This document shows positions 18,683 through 28,908 of a stretch of DNA of 64,000 bases, in pieces. The first letter of the stretch is position 1. Each line of letters opens with the position of its first letter. The position numbers were made by a program, and so were the translations under genes. The notes under the pieces are model-generated. The model searched no databases. It saw nothing but the letters and a program-made list of their open reading frames with translations, and was not told the origin of the DNA. This stretch comes from Myxococcota bacterium (GTDB lineage: Bacteria > Myxococcota_A > SURF-8 > G963663525), in NCBI GenBank assembly GCA_963676915.2, contig CAXXVK010000035.1, positions 1 through 64,000 on the forward strand. The letters run 5' to 3'.

Positions 18683-20215
18683 TTAATCGATCCAACCCCG
18701 ATTTCTACGCAACAGCGCCAGTACAGGCAAGAAGAGCCACCACCAGACGGCGTTCGAAACACCGCTGCGGCAGGAAGAATTCGTTCCCAGGTAGGTCACC
18801 GAATTCCCGGCGATTTCATCCGAATCCCCGGAGGAAACGGGAATATCCCAGTCGGCGGCGGGAATCGTTTCGTCTTCGTCTGCCGGATTCGGACCATTTT
18901 CCTGCTCGGAAACAACGTCTTCTTCCGTCGTCGTATCGACCGTTTCCGTCACATCGTCGTCCGTATCGCCATCGACCACGGCCTCGTCGGCGTCACCCTG
19001 GGACGGATCGATGCAAAACGCTGTAACTTCAACAGTTTGCGATCCGTCAGCGGTCTGTATCGTGACTTCCCCGTGATGCTCGCCCGGTTGCATACCCAGC
19101 GCGTAAATGGAAATCAACAGTTGTGCCGTTTCTCTGGCATCGATCCGTCCGATTTCCTCCCCTTCGTGGCCATTGAGACGAATCCAGGTTTCCGAAGGCA
19201 TAGCCGTCCATTGCAGCGGATTGCTGCCGGTGTTCGTGATTTCCACCTTCACGGGGATCGAATCGTCCCCGGAGTGCACGTCGATCGCCACCTGTTCCTG
19301 GTCCAGTTCGAAACTCGACGCGGGCGGAGAAGGCAACGTACTGGAATCCAGTTGGAAGTAGTTGACGTACGTAGCGAAACAGGAGGTGTTGCGTACGATT
19401 TCGAAATATCCGCCGTCGCCCCAGTCGTCGCCCCAGGAGTTTTTCGCAATCCACGAGTTGTGGCTGTCGTCCCAGCCAACCAGCGCTACAATGTGACCTT
19501 GACTGCTGGATAAGTCACTGAAATAACAACCGGTATCGCTGGGTTCGTACACGCCGTCCCCACTGAAATCGCTGCGAACCACCATGTTCGCCACCACCGG
19601 TCCCTGCATGATACGAGTTTTGATATCCGGTTCGGTCGTGGAAGGATCGGTGACACCGGGAATGGTGATGATCCGCCCCTGGGAGGTGATTTTCACTACC
19701 CGGTCCTGCCAGTCGGAACATAAATTGGCGCAGTTCCCTTCTTGGGCGGTGTAGGGATAGCAGCTTTCGTCCGGTACGCCATCGGCTTCCATGGCGGCCA
19801 ACACTTCGTCCGGCATCCCCCCCGATTCACACGAGGTGCTGCTTCGTCCGCAGGACACCATGTATTGCTCGCAGAGGTCGAGATCGTAATCCGGGTCGTT
19901 GAGGTAGATATTGGCGTGAGCTTCCGCCGCTGCAAGCGGTCCATGCGCCCAGCAGGAACCGCAGTTGCCCTGGTCTCGAACCGGCGTCATCCAGTTGACG
20001 CCATCCACATCGCGCCAGTCCCAGCGAGAGGGAAAATCACGCGGGCGGTTGGGGAGAGGATTCGAATCGCCCTCGGGCATCGAAAGAAGTTCGGGACCGG
20101 GATAAAAAGGTACAAGGGTCCGGCCTTGAAATTCCGCAGCGGAAACCGAGGAAACGCCAACGAATAAAAACGCGCAACTCATGAGAAAAACTGAAAAAAT
20201 AGATAGTTTCGACAT
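18683..20215 (-). CDS. Secreted papain-family (C1A) cysteine protease with BACON-like domain and C-terminal membrane anchor
   Basis: Signal peptide; 'WDWR', catalytic 'QGNCGSCW', 'GHIVALVGW', 'KNSWG..WGDGGYF'; acidic linker; tail 'SSC...WWWLFLPVLALLRR'. Confidence 0.9.
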   Translation of the reverse strand: MSKLSIFSVFLMSCAFLFVGVSSVSAAEFQGRTLVPFYPGPELLSMPEGDSNPLPNRPRDFPSRWDWRDVDGVNWMTPVRDQGNCGSCWAHGPLAAAEAHANIYLNDPDYDLDLCEQYMVSCGRSSTSCESGGMPDEVLAAMEADGVPDESCYPYTAQEGNCANLCSDWQDRVVKITSQGRIITIPGVTDPSTTEPDIKTRIMQGPVVANMVVRSDFSGDGVYEPSDTGCYFSDLSSSQGHIVALVGWDDSHNSWIAKNSWGDDWGDGGYFEIVRNTSCFATYVNYFQLDSSTLPSPPASSFELDQEQVAIDVHSGDDSIPVKVEITNTGSNPLQWTAMPSETWIRLNGHEGEEIGRIDARETAQLLISIYALGMQPGEHHGEVTIQTADGSQTVEVTAFCIDPSQGDADEAVVDGDTDDDVTETVDTTTEEDVVSEQENGPNPADEDETIPAADWDIPVSSGDSDEIAGNSVTYLGTNSSCRSGVSNAVWWWLFLPVLALLRRNRGWID

Positions 20216-20521
20216 CGATAAATCCTTGAAACGCAAAATAGACAAACCACTGTAACGCCTAAGATATCTATCATAGCTGATTTCGCGAACTTTGGCTAGA
20301 GCGGATTGCATAGGATCGGAAGGATAAGTTTATGTTTTTCGCAGGATTATGCAGTGTAAACAAATTGGATATTCGAAAAAACGATATCTTCGTTAAAAAC
20401 GTCGATTCAAACCGTTGCTTTTCACTGTAGAGCCAGGATGGAAAATCTACCACCAGAACACCATTCGAAGTCGAAATCAGGACCAACGAACGAACAAATC
20501 TCTGCTATATGCGCAAGATAC

Positions 20522-20551
20522 TTGACGAAACGGCTCCCGCACGCCTACAAT
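20522..20551 (+). promoter_or_regulatory. Putative sigma70 promoter of the MBL hydrolase gene
   Basis: TTGACG-N18-TACAAT about 100 bp upstream of the CDS. Confidence 0.5.
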
Positions 20552-20648
20552 AACCTAACGTAAATCATCGGCTTTCTGGACAATCAATCGATTCGGGGTG
20601 ATGGCGTCGTCCGTGATGGCATCATCTTATGGAAGGTGGAAATCCCTG

Positions 20649-21470
20649 ATGAAAGTGACATATTTCGGTTGTCGGGGTTCTTTGCCGGCTCCTGGGCCGG
20701 GAACTTTGAAGTACGGTGGAAACACTACCTGCCTGCTGGTCGAAACGGAAAAAGCGACGTTGATCGTCGACGCCGGCTCCGGGTTGCGCAATCTCGGCAA
20801 CGCCCTTCTGGGAAAGGCGTTCGGCAAGGGAAAAGGCGTGGCGTCGTTCTTTTTCACCCACGTTCACTGGGACCACATTCACGGGTTCCCCTTTTTCGTT
20901 CCGGGCTACATTACCGGAAATCGTTTCGAATTCTATGGCATCGATTCCATGGGGTACAGCCTCGAACAGGTGCTTTCCCTACAGCAGCAGTTCCAGACTT
21001 TTCCCGTGATGTTCGAGGAAATGCCTGCCGACATGAATTTCAATACCATCGAGGAAGATCAGACCATCGAAGTCGAAGATATCCTCGTGCGCGCCCGGAG
21101 ACTGAATCACCCCGGCGGCGTGTTGGCCTATCGCATCGAAGCGGATGGAAAAACACTGACCTTCGCCACGGATGTCGAGCATTATTCGATTCTCGACGAA
21201 CGGCTGGTTGAGTTGGCTAAAGGGTCCGATTTACTGGTGTACGATTCGCAATTTACCCCAAAGGAATACGAAAGCCACATCGGCTGGGGTCATTCCACCT
21301 ACGAGGAAGCCGTTAAAATCGCCAAAGCGGCTGGAGCCAAGGAACTGCACCTGACCCACCACGATCCCGATCACGACGACGTCTTTTTGGAACAGAAGAT
21401 TTTGGCTCCGGCGAAAGAGCTGTTCGATTCCGTATCCTTGGCGCGTGAAGGCTGGGCTTTCAAGCTGTAG
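20649..21470 (+). CDS. MBL-fold metallo-hydrolase (RNase Z/phosphodiesterase-like)
   Basis: 'GCRGS.P.PG', 'YGGNTTC', 'THVHWDHIHG', 'HPGG', 'WGHST', 'HHDP'. Confidence 0.9.
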   Translation: MKVTYFGCRGSLPAPGPGTLKYGGNTTCLLVETEKATLIVDAGSGLRNLGNALLGKAFGKGKGVASFFFTHVHWDHIHGFPFFVPGYITGNRFEFYGIDSMGYSLEQVLSLQQQFQTFPVMFEEMPADMNFNTIEEDQTIEVEDILVRARRLNHPGGVLAYRIEADGKTLTFATDVEHYSILDERLVELAKGSDLLVYDSQFTPKEYESHIGWGHSTYEEAVKIAKAAGAKELHLTHHDPDHDDVFLEQKILAPAKELFDSVSLAREGWAFKL

Positions 21471-21727
21471 AGACTTTTGCGCAAATCAGATTTTTGATGG
21501 TTTTATAAAACCCATGTGGCCATAGTCTTACGCACAAAGGGCGGAAGGCTGTGTTTTCAACGGGTTGTACAATCTCTCGGACCTTCCGGTCCGTTCCGTG
21601 AGATTATGGCGTCGCAAAGCTTCATCTTCGGGATTTGTGCAATTTTTTCTGTAAACGCAGGAAATTGCTAGAAAACCGCAATCCCCCGTGAATTCCCATT
21701 GCTTGTGAAAATCTCCCCAATGGTCGA

Positions 21728-21958
21728 TCACGCCACCGGCGGACGACCTTGGCAAAAAATTTCGCCCGAAGCCGGGATGAGAAAAGCTTCGAACAACGAA
21801 ACGATCTGGGGGATCAACGTCCAGCAGAACAGAAGATACACCAACCCGCTGACTGGCTTGCCAAGGTAAAATTTGTGGGCGCCCACCGGAATGAGCGCTC
21901 CACCAAGCAAGGCCAGAATCACCGCAAGCCAGATTTTCTTTTGCACGGGATCAGGCAA
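21728..21958 (-). CDS. TM2 (NINE) domain small membrane protein
   Basis: 'LALLGG...GAHKFYLG...GLVYLLFCWTLIP.IVSLFEA'. Start position uncertain. Confidence 0.75.
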   Translation of the reverse strand: MPDPVQKKIWLAVILALLGGALIPVGAHKFYLGKPVSGLVYLLFCWTLIPQIVSLFEAFLIPASGEIFCQGRPPVA

Positions 21959-21968
21959 AGGTCACCAA

Positions 21969-22130
21969 CTACGGGACCAGGGTTTTGATTGCTGAAACGA
22001 CAGCGGGAACCAGGTCGGGACGTCGTCGAATCAGGCGCACCATCAACAGCACGGCCACAGCGGCCTGACCATCGGTGTCGTCCACTTCTTTCAACAATTC
22101 TTCGAGGTTATCAACTTGCTCGTTTGGCAT
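21969..22130 (-). CDS. Small hypothetical protein (53 aa), not in the ORF track
   Basis: ATG..TAG frame MPNEQVDNLEELLKEVDDTDGQAAVAVLLMVRLIRRRPDLVPAVVSAIKTLVP fills the gap between the XRE and TM2 genes on the same strand. Confidence 0.6.
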   Translation of the reverse strand: MPNEQVDNLEELLKEVDDTDGQAAVAVLLMVRLIRRRPDLVPAVVSAIKTLVP

Positions 22131-22169
22131 GACGTGTCGCTTTCTCTTGGATGGGAGTTGATATCGAAA

Positions 22170-22664
22170 TTAATATTTTTTCATGCGAAGGTACAAAGCC
22201 ACATCGCAGAAATGATGGAAATCTTCGTTGACGCGGTACAGCGAGTACAACCGGTCCCTCTGCTTGACTTCGTCCTGGTTGAGCGGCTGGAACAGCTTTT
22301 CTTCGTCTTCCGCTTCCATATCGCGCATCACGTAGCCCATTTCGACGTCGCCTTTTTTGCCTCCGCGTCGAATCGTCGGACCACGGCGCTTGGGCAAGGG
22401 TTCGATCGGTTCGGGGAAATCGGCCATGTCGTCGAATTTCGACTTGGATCCCAGAATCATCGGTCCGCGCCCAGCAAGAACCCAGAGGGGGTTGACCTGG
22501 AACTGCTCCCACATTTTCCTGAGAAACGAAGAAGGAACGTCTTGCGTCAAGTCCTGCTCGTATTTTCGCAATGTCCCAATTGGAATGTCCAGGCGGTACG
22601 CGAATTGTTTTTGCGTGTACCCCAACTCTTTTCGAATAATTTTCACTTGATTGGCTTCGAGCAT
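22170..22664 (-). CDS. XRE-family helix-turn-helix transcriptional regulator
   Basis: 'IRKELGYTQKQFAYRLDIPIGTLRKYE...VNPLWVLAGRGPM'; GGAGG RBS. Confidence 0.85.
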   Translation of the reverse strand: MLEANQVKIIRKELGYTQKQFAYRLDIPIGTLRKYEQDLTQDVPSSFLRKMWEQFQVNPLWVLAGRGPMILGSKSKFDDMADFPEPIEPLPKRRGPTIRRGGKKGDVEMGYVMRDMEAEDEEKLFQPLNQDEVKQRDRLYSLYRVNEDFHHFCDVALYLRMKKY

Positions 22665-23488
22665 GTTTGCCTCCGATGATGTGTTACACTATGTGCTCGT
22701 TGCATCGCATCCATGATGCGAAAGGTGGAATAGGCAACAGATAGGAAAATGTACGAATAAATTATGAATTGCCCTGAGACGATTTTCCGGTCGCAGTTTA
22801 GGAATGACCCCTTTCATTCAATAATAACATAGTTCCTTTTAGAGTGTTTGCACGAAAAAAAGTCACTTTTTTTTTCATTTGGCCGTTCAAGACAATCAAA
22901 CCAGCTAGGCTATATACATTATCCATTATAACAGCAACGTGCATAATCACAAGAGAAAAGATCAATTTGTTAGTATTACCGTATTACGAAAAAAAGCTTT
23001 TTGCCTTTTCACGGCATCAATAGCAAAAAATACTATTTCATAGCAAACTATTTTTCATGATAGTTACCACAGATGAATTTCTTTCAAAATCCAGAGATTT
23101 CGCCCTACTTTTCGATAATCAAGAAAACTCTCTCGGGAAGAGAGGAGACGATATAATTCAAACGTGTGAACATTGCAGGCAAATCGTGATTCGCCCCTAT
23201 TCCTAGGATTGTATTGGAAAAAACTATAATTTTGCGAAAAATAACAAACGAGTTATATATTAAAGTTTGGATAATCTGAAAAAGTTCTTCTTTCATCTGT
23301 TAATTCCTGGTATTGTCCCTCGCTTCCAGATTTTTTGATGTACCGATTTTTTTCCTTTCACGCTCAAATAAGGAAAGAGGTTTGCAACGTCTTACTTTTT
23401 GGGTTATTTTAATGAATCTTGATGCTTTCCCGATAGAAAAGCGGGGTAGCATGGAGTTTTTATCTGCCAATTTACGTGAGGTGGAGCG

Positions 23489-24904
23489 ATGAAAAAATCG
23501 AGCGGCATTTTTTTCCTTTGGGTGACCATGGTGATGTTTTTCCCTTTAGCCTGTGGCGATGAAGGCTCCAGCGGTACGACAGACGGAAACAACGATGGAA
23601 AGAGTTGCGAAACGGACTCGGAGTGTTCCATCGGCCAGTACTGTTCCAGCGGCAACTGCCTGACCTCCGACCTGGAAGGAGACGGGGACGACTGCAAGGT
23701 CAACACGGATTGCTACAAAGGAGAGTTCTGCGCATCCAACAACAAATGCGCCGATATCCCGAACTCTTCCACCCCAGGCGACGTCGATTACTCAAACGAT
23801 AATGTCGTCCAGGCCTGTACCGCCGATGAATACCGGTGCAGTCCTGTCGATAACAGCCAAGTCGAACAGTGTTCCGATCTCGACGGCGTGCTGGATTGGC
23901 GTTTTTACAAAAAATGCGGAGACGACGAAACCTGTGTCAGCGGTGTTTGCCGGGGAGCCAACGATTGTGGCGCAGAGGATGTCGGAAAGACCAAATGCGT
24001 CGAGAACCAGGTTTTCCAATGCACCTCGCAGATTTTGTATTGGGGATATTTGAAAGACTGCCTGCCGCCATACGTCTGCGTAGAGGAAACCCCCGGTGAG
24101 GCCGGATGCAAGCTCGAAGGAGATGCCTGCGAGGTCTGCGACGAAAACAACCTGCCGCTCGGTTGTGGCTGTACCGGCGAGAATCAGTACTGCCTGCCCG
24201 ATGGCGTGGACAGCACTACGGGAGCCTGTGCCACCTACTGTGACCGCTCCGACGGAACCCAATGCCCGCGTGGCTGGGAATGTGTCCAAGGAAAATGCCA
24301 GCCGGTGGACGGCTATTGCACCTCCGATAACGATTGCTCGCTCAAAGAATTCTGCAACAACTTCCCCGGTGCGGATGACGGCCAATGCGAAACCCGTTGC
24401 TACGAAAGCGGTGTCTACTGCCCTGCCAATTACCGTTGTGTCGGTGCGGAAGATCCAGACAACGCCGGACGTTGCGTCCTGAAAGATCCGACCTGCATCG
24501 AGTGCTCGGGTGATACGGGGTGCGACTCCTCGGAATATTGCGAGATTTCTCCCGGCCAGAACGTCGGTTGTTGCCTGGAACGCTGCCTGAACGACGACGA
24601 CTGCCCCGGTATTCTCGTTTGTACCGGCGAAGGAAAATGCCGTCCGAGTCCGGAGGGAGGCGACTGTGGCGGCGGTTGCCCCGATGGATATCTCTGCGCC
24701 ACGGACTTCAACCAGTGCTTCCTCAATTGCCCCGCCTGCCCTGCCGAACGCCCCTGCTGTGACGCAGCCAGCGCTCCGTTGTGCTACGACTGCGGCGTGT
24801 GCGTCAACCCGGCAGCCTGCGGTTTCGGTCTGCCGCAATGTTGCCCCGGATCGAACTGTTCGGTGTTGGACTTTACCTACGGACTCGGTGGATTCTGCCA
24901 GTAA
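23489..24904 (+). CDS. Extremely Cys-rich lipoprotein
   Basis: Lipobox PLAC; repeated C-x3-DC-x5-C-x4-C modules; about 65 Cys in 471 aa by manual count. Confidence 0.82.
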   Translation: MKKSSGIFFLWVTMVMFFPLACGDEGSSGTTDGNNDGKSCETDSECSIGQYCSSGNCLTSDLEGDGDDCKVNTDCYKGEFCASNNKCADIPNSSTPGDVDYSNDNVVQACTADEYRCSPVDNSQVEQCSDLDGVLDWRFYKKCGDDETCVSGVCRGANDCGAEDVGKTKCVENQVFQCTSQILYWGYLKDCLPPYVCVEETPGEAGCKLEGDACEVCDENNLPLGCGCTGENQYCLPDGVDSTTGACATYCDRSDGTQCPRGWECVQGKCQPVDGYCTSDNDCSLKEFCNNFPGADDGQCETRCYESGVYCPANYRCVGAEDPDNAGRCVLKDPTCIECSGDTGCDSSEYCEISPGQNVGCCLERCLNDDDCPGILVCTGEGKCRPSPEGGDCGGGCPDGYLCATDFNQCFLNCPACPAERPCCDAASAPLCYDCGVCVNPAACGFGLPQCCPGSNCSVLDFTYGLGGFCQ

Positions 24905-24939
24905 GAGGGTATAAGTACATCATTCAAGTGCAATTCTCT

Positions 24940-24973
24940 ACGGGCGGCTCATCAAGAGTCGCCCGTTTCTTTT
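24940..24973 (+). terminator. Intrinsic terminator
   Basis: ACGGGCGGCTC-atcaa-GAGTCGCCCGT followed by TTCTTTT. Confidence 0.75.
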
Positions 24974-25344
24974 GCAGGATTCATCCGATATTTCCTATCC
25001 CGCATTATAGCAGTTTTTATTTACATTTAGCGATCCCAATCCTTTTCGTTGTGGGTGGCATGGGCGAACCTAGGTTGCCCAGGGTCATCGTTCGACCACG
25101 GGCAAGCAGACGTTTCACGTCGCTTGGCCCCCCTTCGCTTCCAGGATTCTCTATCGCTAAAAAACAAATACGAACGGCTATAGTCAAAAACCTGCTACGA
25201 ATCGAAAATAAACGATCTTTCACTCGTTTCTCGAGTTTCATCCTCGACTGACTGTAGAGGTTGCCTGCGGGTGAAGATATATCCAACTTCTTGAAAAGTC
25301 TTCGGTTTTCGGCGTCTCGCACCGATCCTCATGAATGCTGCGGG

Positions 25345-28300
25345 CTACAGCGTAATCCCCGCTTCTTGCTTGAATCGTTCCACCAAATAGACGGGATTCT
25401 GTTTCCAGAAATCGAGATCGAACGGATAGATGACAACATCGTTGTAATCGTTCGTTATCAGATAGCGGCCATCCGAAGTTTGGGTTCGGGCAATGGTTTC
25501 GTAAGAAAACAGCAGTTGCTGAACGACTTTGCCCGTGTCTATTTCCCAAATCCGTACCGTGTGGTCGTCGCTGGTAGACAGAAGATGCTTTCCATCTTTG
25601 AGGAACAACAGCCTCGGCACCCATTCCGCATGACCTTTTAAAGTCCGAATCAGCTTGCCGGAACCCGTCTCCCAGATTTTCACCGTTTTGTCCCTGCTAC
25701 CCGAGACCAGCAAACGGCTATCCGGAGAAAATTCCACCGTGGTTACCCAATCCGTATGTCCTTTGTAGGTCTTAAGAAGTTGCCAGGTGCTGGTGTCCCA
25801 TAGCTTGATGGTCTTGTCATTGCTCGCCGTCGCCAGTAGTTTGCCATCGTTGGAAAAAGCCACATACCAGACTTGTTCACTGTGACCCTGCAAGGTCGTC
25901 ACCAACGACAGATCATCCGCATGGAGAATCTTCACCTCTTTTTCGCAACAGGAAGCTACCAACTGCGAATCGGGTGAAAACGTGGTCCACCAAACGATCC
26001 TCTGTTTTTCATGAACTTGTTTAGTAAGCACTCGCTTGTATCCGTCTTTGACATCCCAAAGCCCGACTTCTCCAACGCCGTTGCCGGTAACAAGCCACTT
26101 TCCATCGTCGGAATGTTTCATGGAGACCAAAAACACGTCGTCTTTCTCGCATTTTTTTATCCATGTCTTGGTCTTGAAATCCCAAAGATTCATGAATTGT
26201 TCCATACCGATCGACAAGAGATATTTTTCATTCGGAGACAAATCAACGGAGTACACGTACTTTTCATGGCCGCTTAGACGTGTGACTTTGGGTGGCAACA
26301 CCTTCCAGAGCTTGACGGTTTTATCCCAACTTGCCGAAGCGATCAGTGAATCGTCCGGAGAAAAAACGGCCATTGGAATGTAATGTTCGTGTGCGGTGAT
26401 TTTCGTAATAAGCTTTCTTTTTTCAAAATCCCACATGCGGATCGTATGGTCGTCGGCGGACGTGATCAGACTCTTTCCATCCGACGAAAAACGTGCACCC
26501 CAAATCGGATCTTCATGATCATCAAAAGATTCCTCCAGTTGCATGGAATCAAGGTTCCATATGTTGACCACTTTATCCGAGCCTACGGAAACCAAGTGTT
26601 CGTCGTTGGGAGCGAAGGTAATTTCGTGAACTTGATCCTTGTGACCTTTCAGACTGTGAATCAGCTTGTGATCCCTCATGCGGTAGAAACGGATTTCCCT
26701 ATCCGAGCCTCCCGTTGCCAACCATTGGGAATCGTTCGAAAAAGCGATGGTTCCGACGCGACCGCGATTGTCAGTGTGACGTTTGAAGATTTTCATACTC
26801 GACAAATCCCAGATGGTCACGAGGCCATCCGATCGTCCGGTGGCCAGCCATTTCCCGTCCGGTGAATACGCCACATCGAAAACTTGAGAAGAATTGTTTC
26901 GCAACACATGCAATTCTTTGCCGTCGGGGAGGCTCCATATTCTGACGGTCTGGTCGTCACTGCACGAAGCTATGTTTTTTCCATCCGGTGAAATGTCCAA
27001 ACGCCAGATTTTCGCCGTATGCCCGGATAGTGTTTTGTAAAGCTTTCGCTCGCGAACGTTCCAAATTCGAATTGTTGAATCCGTTCCCGCCGATACCAGC
27101 CATAAGCCATCCGGTGAAAATTCGACGTCGTTGACATCGGCCTGGTGGCCTATAAACGTTGTGTCATGCACGACGGAGGTGTTGGCATCGGCTTGAAAAA
27201 CAAGAGAACTGGCCGAAACACGCGACTCAGCGGCTTCAACGGTATCCGTAATATCCGGGGTAAATGCAAACGGGCTGTAAGGATTGTAGGGATTGTTCAA
27301 GAGCGCTTCGGCAGCAAAGACACGAGCCTGAAGATAGTCTTTTTCAACGTAAAAGTTCTTGGCTTTTTCAACCAATGATTTCGATAGGTGATAGTGGACT
27401 TGCCGCTCGTTGTTTTCCGCTTCTTCGCGGGCGGCTACCGCTTCTTGCCTGGACATTTCCGCCGTGCGGTAGGCATCGAAGATAACGCCCGCACCGACAA
27501 TCAGAAACAGAAGAAGGAAAATGGCGGAAGCCGTGAGAGATTTGTTTTTCGCAATGAAGCGTTTGAGCAATTCCCACGACGTGTATTCGTAGGCCTCGAT
27601 TTTCGAACCCGACATGTAGGCTTGTACTTCGTTGGCGATCTCTCTGGCTTCGCTGTAGCGCTCCGACTTGTTGCGACACAAAGCTTTTTCCGCAACGGCG
27701 GCCAGATCGGGAGGCGCTTCGGGACAAAGCTCGCGCACGGGTTTGATCGGCTGCTCTTTGACTTTGCGCACGATCTCCATCGGGTTGTTGCCCTCGAAGG
27801 GCGTACGACCCGTAAGGATCTGGTACAACACCACGCCCAGGCACCAAATGTCGGAGCGTTCGTCGATCTGGTCGATTTGTCCCATTGCCTGTTCAGGACT
27901 CATGTAGGAAGGCGTCCCAATGGCTGCGCCCACGATAGTTCTACCCGCCATGGCATCCAGCAGCGATTTCGTTTCCTGTTCGAAGGTGCTGTCGGCATAC
28001 TCGGGCTGGCCGTGAACTTTCGCCAATCCCCAGTCCAAAACGACCGTTTCACCGAACTCGCCGAGCATCACATTGGCGGGTTTGATGTCTCGGTGAATGA
28101 CTTTTTTGGAATGTGCGTAGGCAATCGCCTGGCATAAATCCTCGAAGTGGGTAAGAAGTTCCAGCCGGTCGTGGATGTCTTTGCATTCGCGAAGAGCTTG
28201 CGCCAACGTCTTGCCGCGAACGAGTTTCATGGAATAGTAAAACGTTCCGTCGTCGCGACGCCCGATTTCGTACACCGGCATAATGGAGGGATGCTCCAGG

Positions 28301-28908
28301 CTGCCGGTGATTCTCGCTTCCCTCAGAAAACGGGAAACACGAATATTATCGACTTTCTCGGTCTCTGATTCCTGATCGTTTTTCTCTGAAGCTTTAGCTT
28401 TTTTCTTAGGGATCAGCTCTTTGATCGCTACGTTGCGCTCCAGATGGATGTCGAAAACCGACAACACCCGGCCCAATCCTCCTCGCCCGATTTCAGAGGC
28501 ATAAGCGGACCCGCTGGTGAATTTATAGCGCCCTGGTGTTTCGGGAGTGGCCAGCAGGGATTCTTTCTGAGCTTGCAGAAATGAATCTTCTTTCTTTTTG
28601 ATTTTCCCCTCGTAAGAATTTTCCAAAATCAAAGTCGCCGAAGGGCCGAACGTATCGTTGACGATCTGGTCGCCTCCCATGCTCGAAAGCACCATATCCG
28701 CATCGCCGTCATGCAGGATCAACGTTTTTTCGGTAAAAATATCGATATGCTGGCGGGTCTCTTCATCGATGGTTCCGGCATACAACAAGGAGTCGGACAA
28801 CGTTTCCTTGCGGTCGGGATTTTCCATACAGCGAGCCACTACATCCGCTTCGGCGAGACCGAGACGAACCGTAATGACTCCAGTCAATAAATCCTTGGCA
28901 TTGCGCAT
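25345..28908 (-). CDS. Ser/Thr protein kinase with a TM segment and C-terminal WD40 repeats
   Basis: 'IGRGGLGRV', 'VAIKE', 'HRDIKPANV', 'DWGLAK', 'GTPSYMSPEQ'; many GH...WD repeats. Confidence 0.95.
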   Translation of the reverse strand: MRNAKDLLTGVITVRLGLAEADVVARCMENPDRKETLSDSLLYAGTIDEETRQHIDIFTEKTLILHDGDADMVLSSMGGDQIVNDTFGPSATLILENSYEGKIKKKEDSFLQAQKESLLATPETPGRYKFTSGSAYASEIGRGGLGRVLSVFDIHLERNVAIKELIPKKKAKASEKNDQESETEKVDNIRVSRFLREARITGSLEHPSIMPVYEIGRRDDGTFYYSMKLVRGKTLAQALRECKDIHDRLELLTHFEDLCQAIAYAHSKKVIHRDIKPANVMLGEFGETVVLDWGLAKVHGQPEYADSTFEQETKSLLDAMAGRTIVGAAIGTPSYMSPEQAMGQIDQIDERSDIWCLGVVLYQILTGRTPFEGNNPMEIVRKVKEQPIKPVRELCPEAPPDLAAVAEKALCRNKSERYSEAREIANEVQAYMSGSKIEAYEYTSWELLKRFIAKNKSLTASAIFLLLFLIVGAGVIFDAYRTAEMSRQEAVAAREEAENNERQVHYHLSKSLVEKAKNFYVEKDYLQARVFAAEALLNNPYNPYSPFAFTPDITDTVEAAESRVSASSLVFQADANTSVVHDTTFIGHQADVNDVEFSPDGLWLVSAGTDSTIRIWNVRERKLYKTLSGHTAKIWRLDISPDGKNIASCSDDQTVRIWSLPDGKELHVLRNNSSQVFDVAYSPDGKWLATGRSDGLVTIWDLSSMKIFKRHTDNRGRVGTIAFSNDSQWLATGGSDREIRFYRMRDHKLIHSLKGHKDQVHEITFAPNDEHLVSVGSDKVVNIWNLDSMQLEESFDDHEDPIWGARFSSDGKSLITSADDHTIRMWDFEKRKLITKITAHEHYIPMAVFSPDDSLIASASWDKTVKLWKVLPPKVTRLSGHEKYVYSVDLSPNEKYLLSIGMEQFMNLWDFKTKTWIKKCEKDDVFLVSMKHSDDGKWLVTGNGVGEVGLWDVKDGYKRVLTKQVHEKQRIVWWTTFSPDSQLVASCCEKEVKILHADDLSLVTTLQGHSEQVWYVAFSNDGKLLATASNDKTIKLWDTSTWQLLKTYKGHTDWVTTVEFSPDSRLLVSGSRDKTVKIWETGSGKLIRTLKGHAEWVPRLLFLKDGKHLLSTSDDHTVRIWEIDTGKVVQQLLFSYETIARTQTSDGRYLITNDYNDVVIYPFDLDFWKQNPVYLVERFKQEAGITL

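Noticed and set aside
21728-22664. Prophage
   Set aside because: No integrase, structural or replication genes accompany the XRE and TM2 genes.
25345-27200. WD40 repeats as a hypervariable tandem array
   Set aside because: The repeats are highly diverged at the DNA level; kinase-WD40 fusions are a common architecture.
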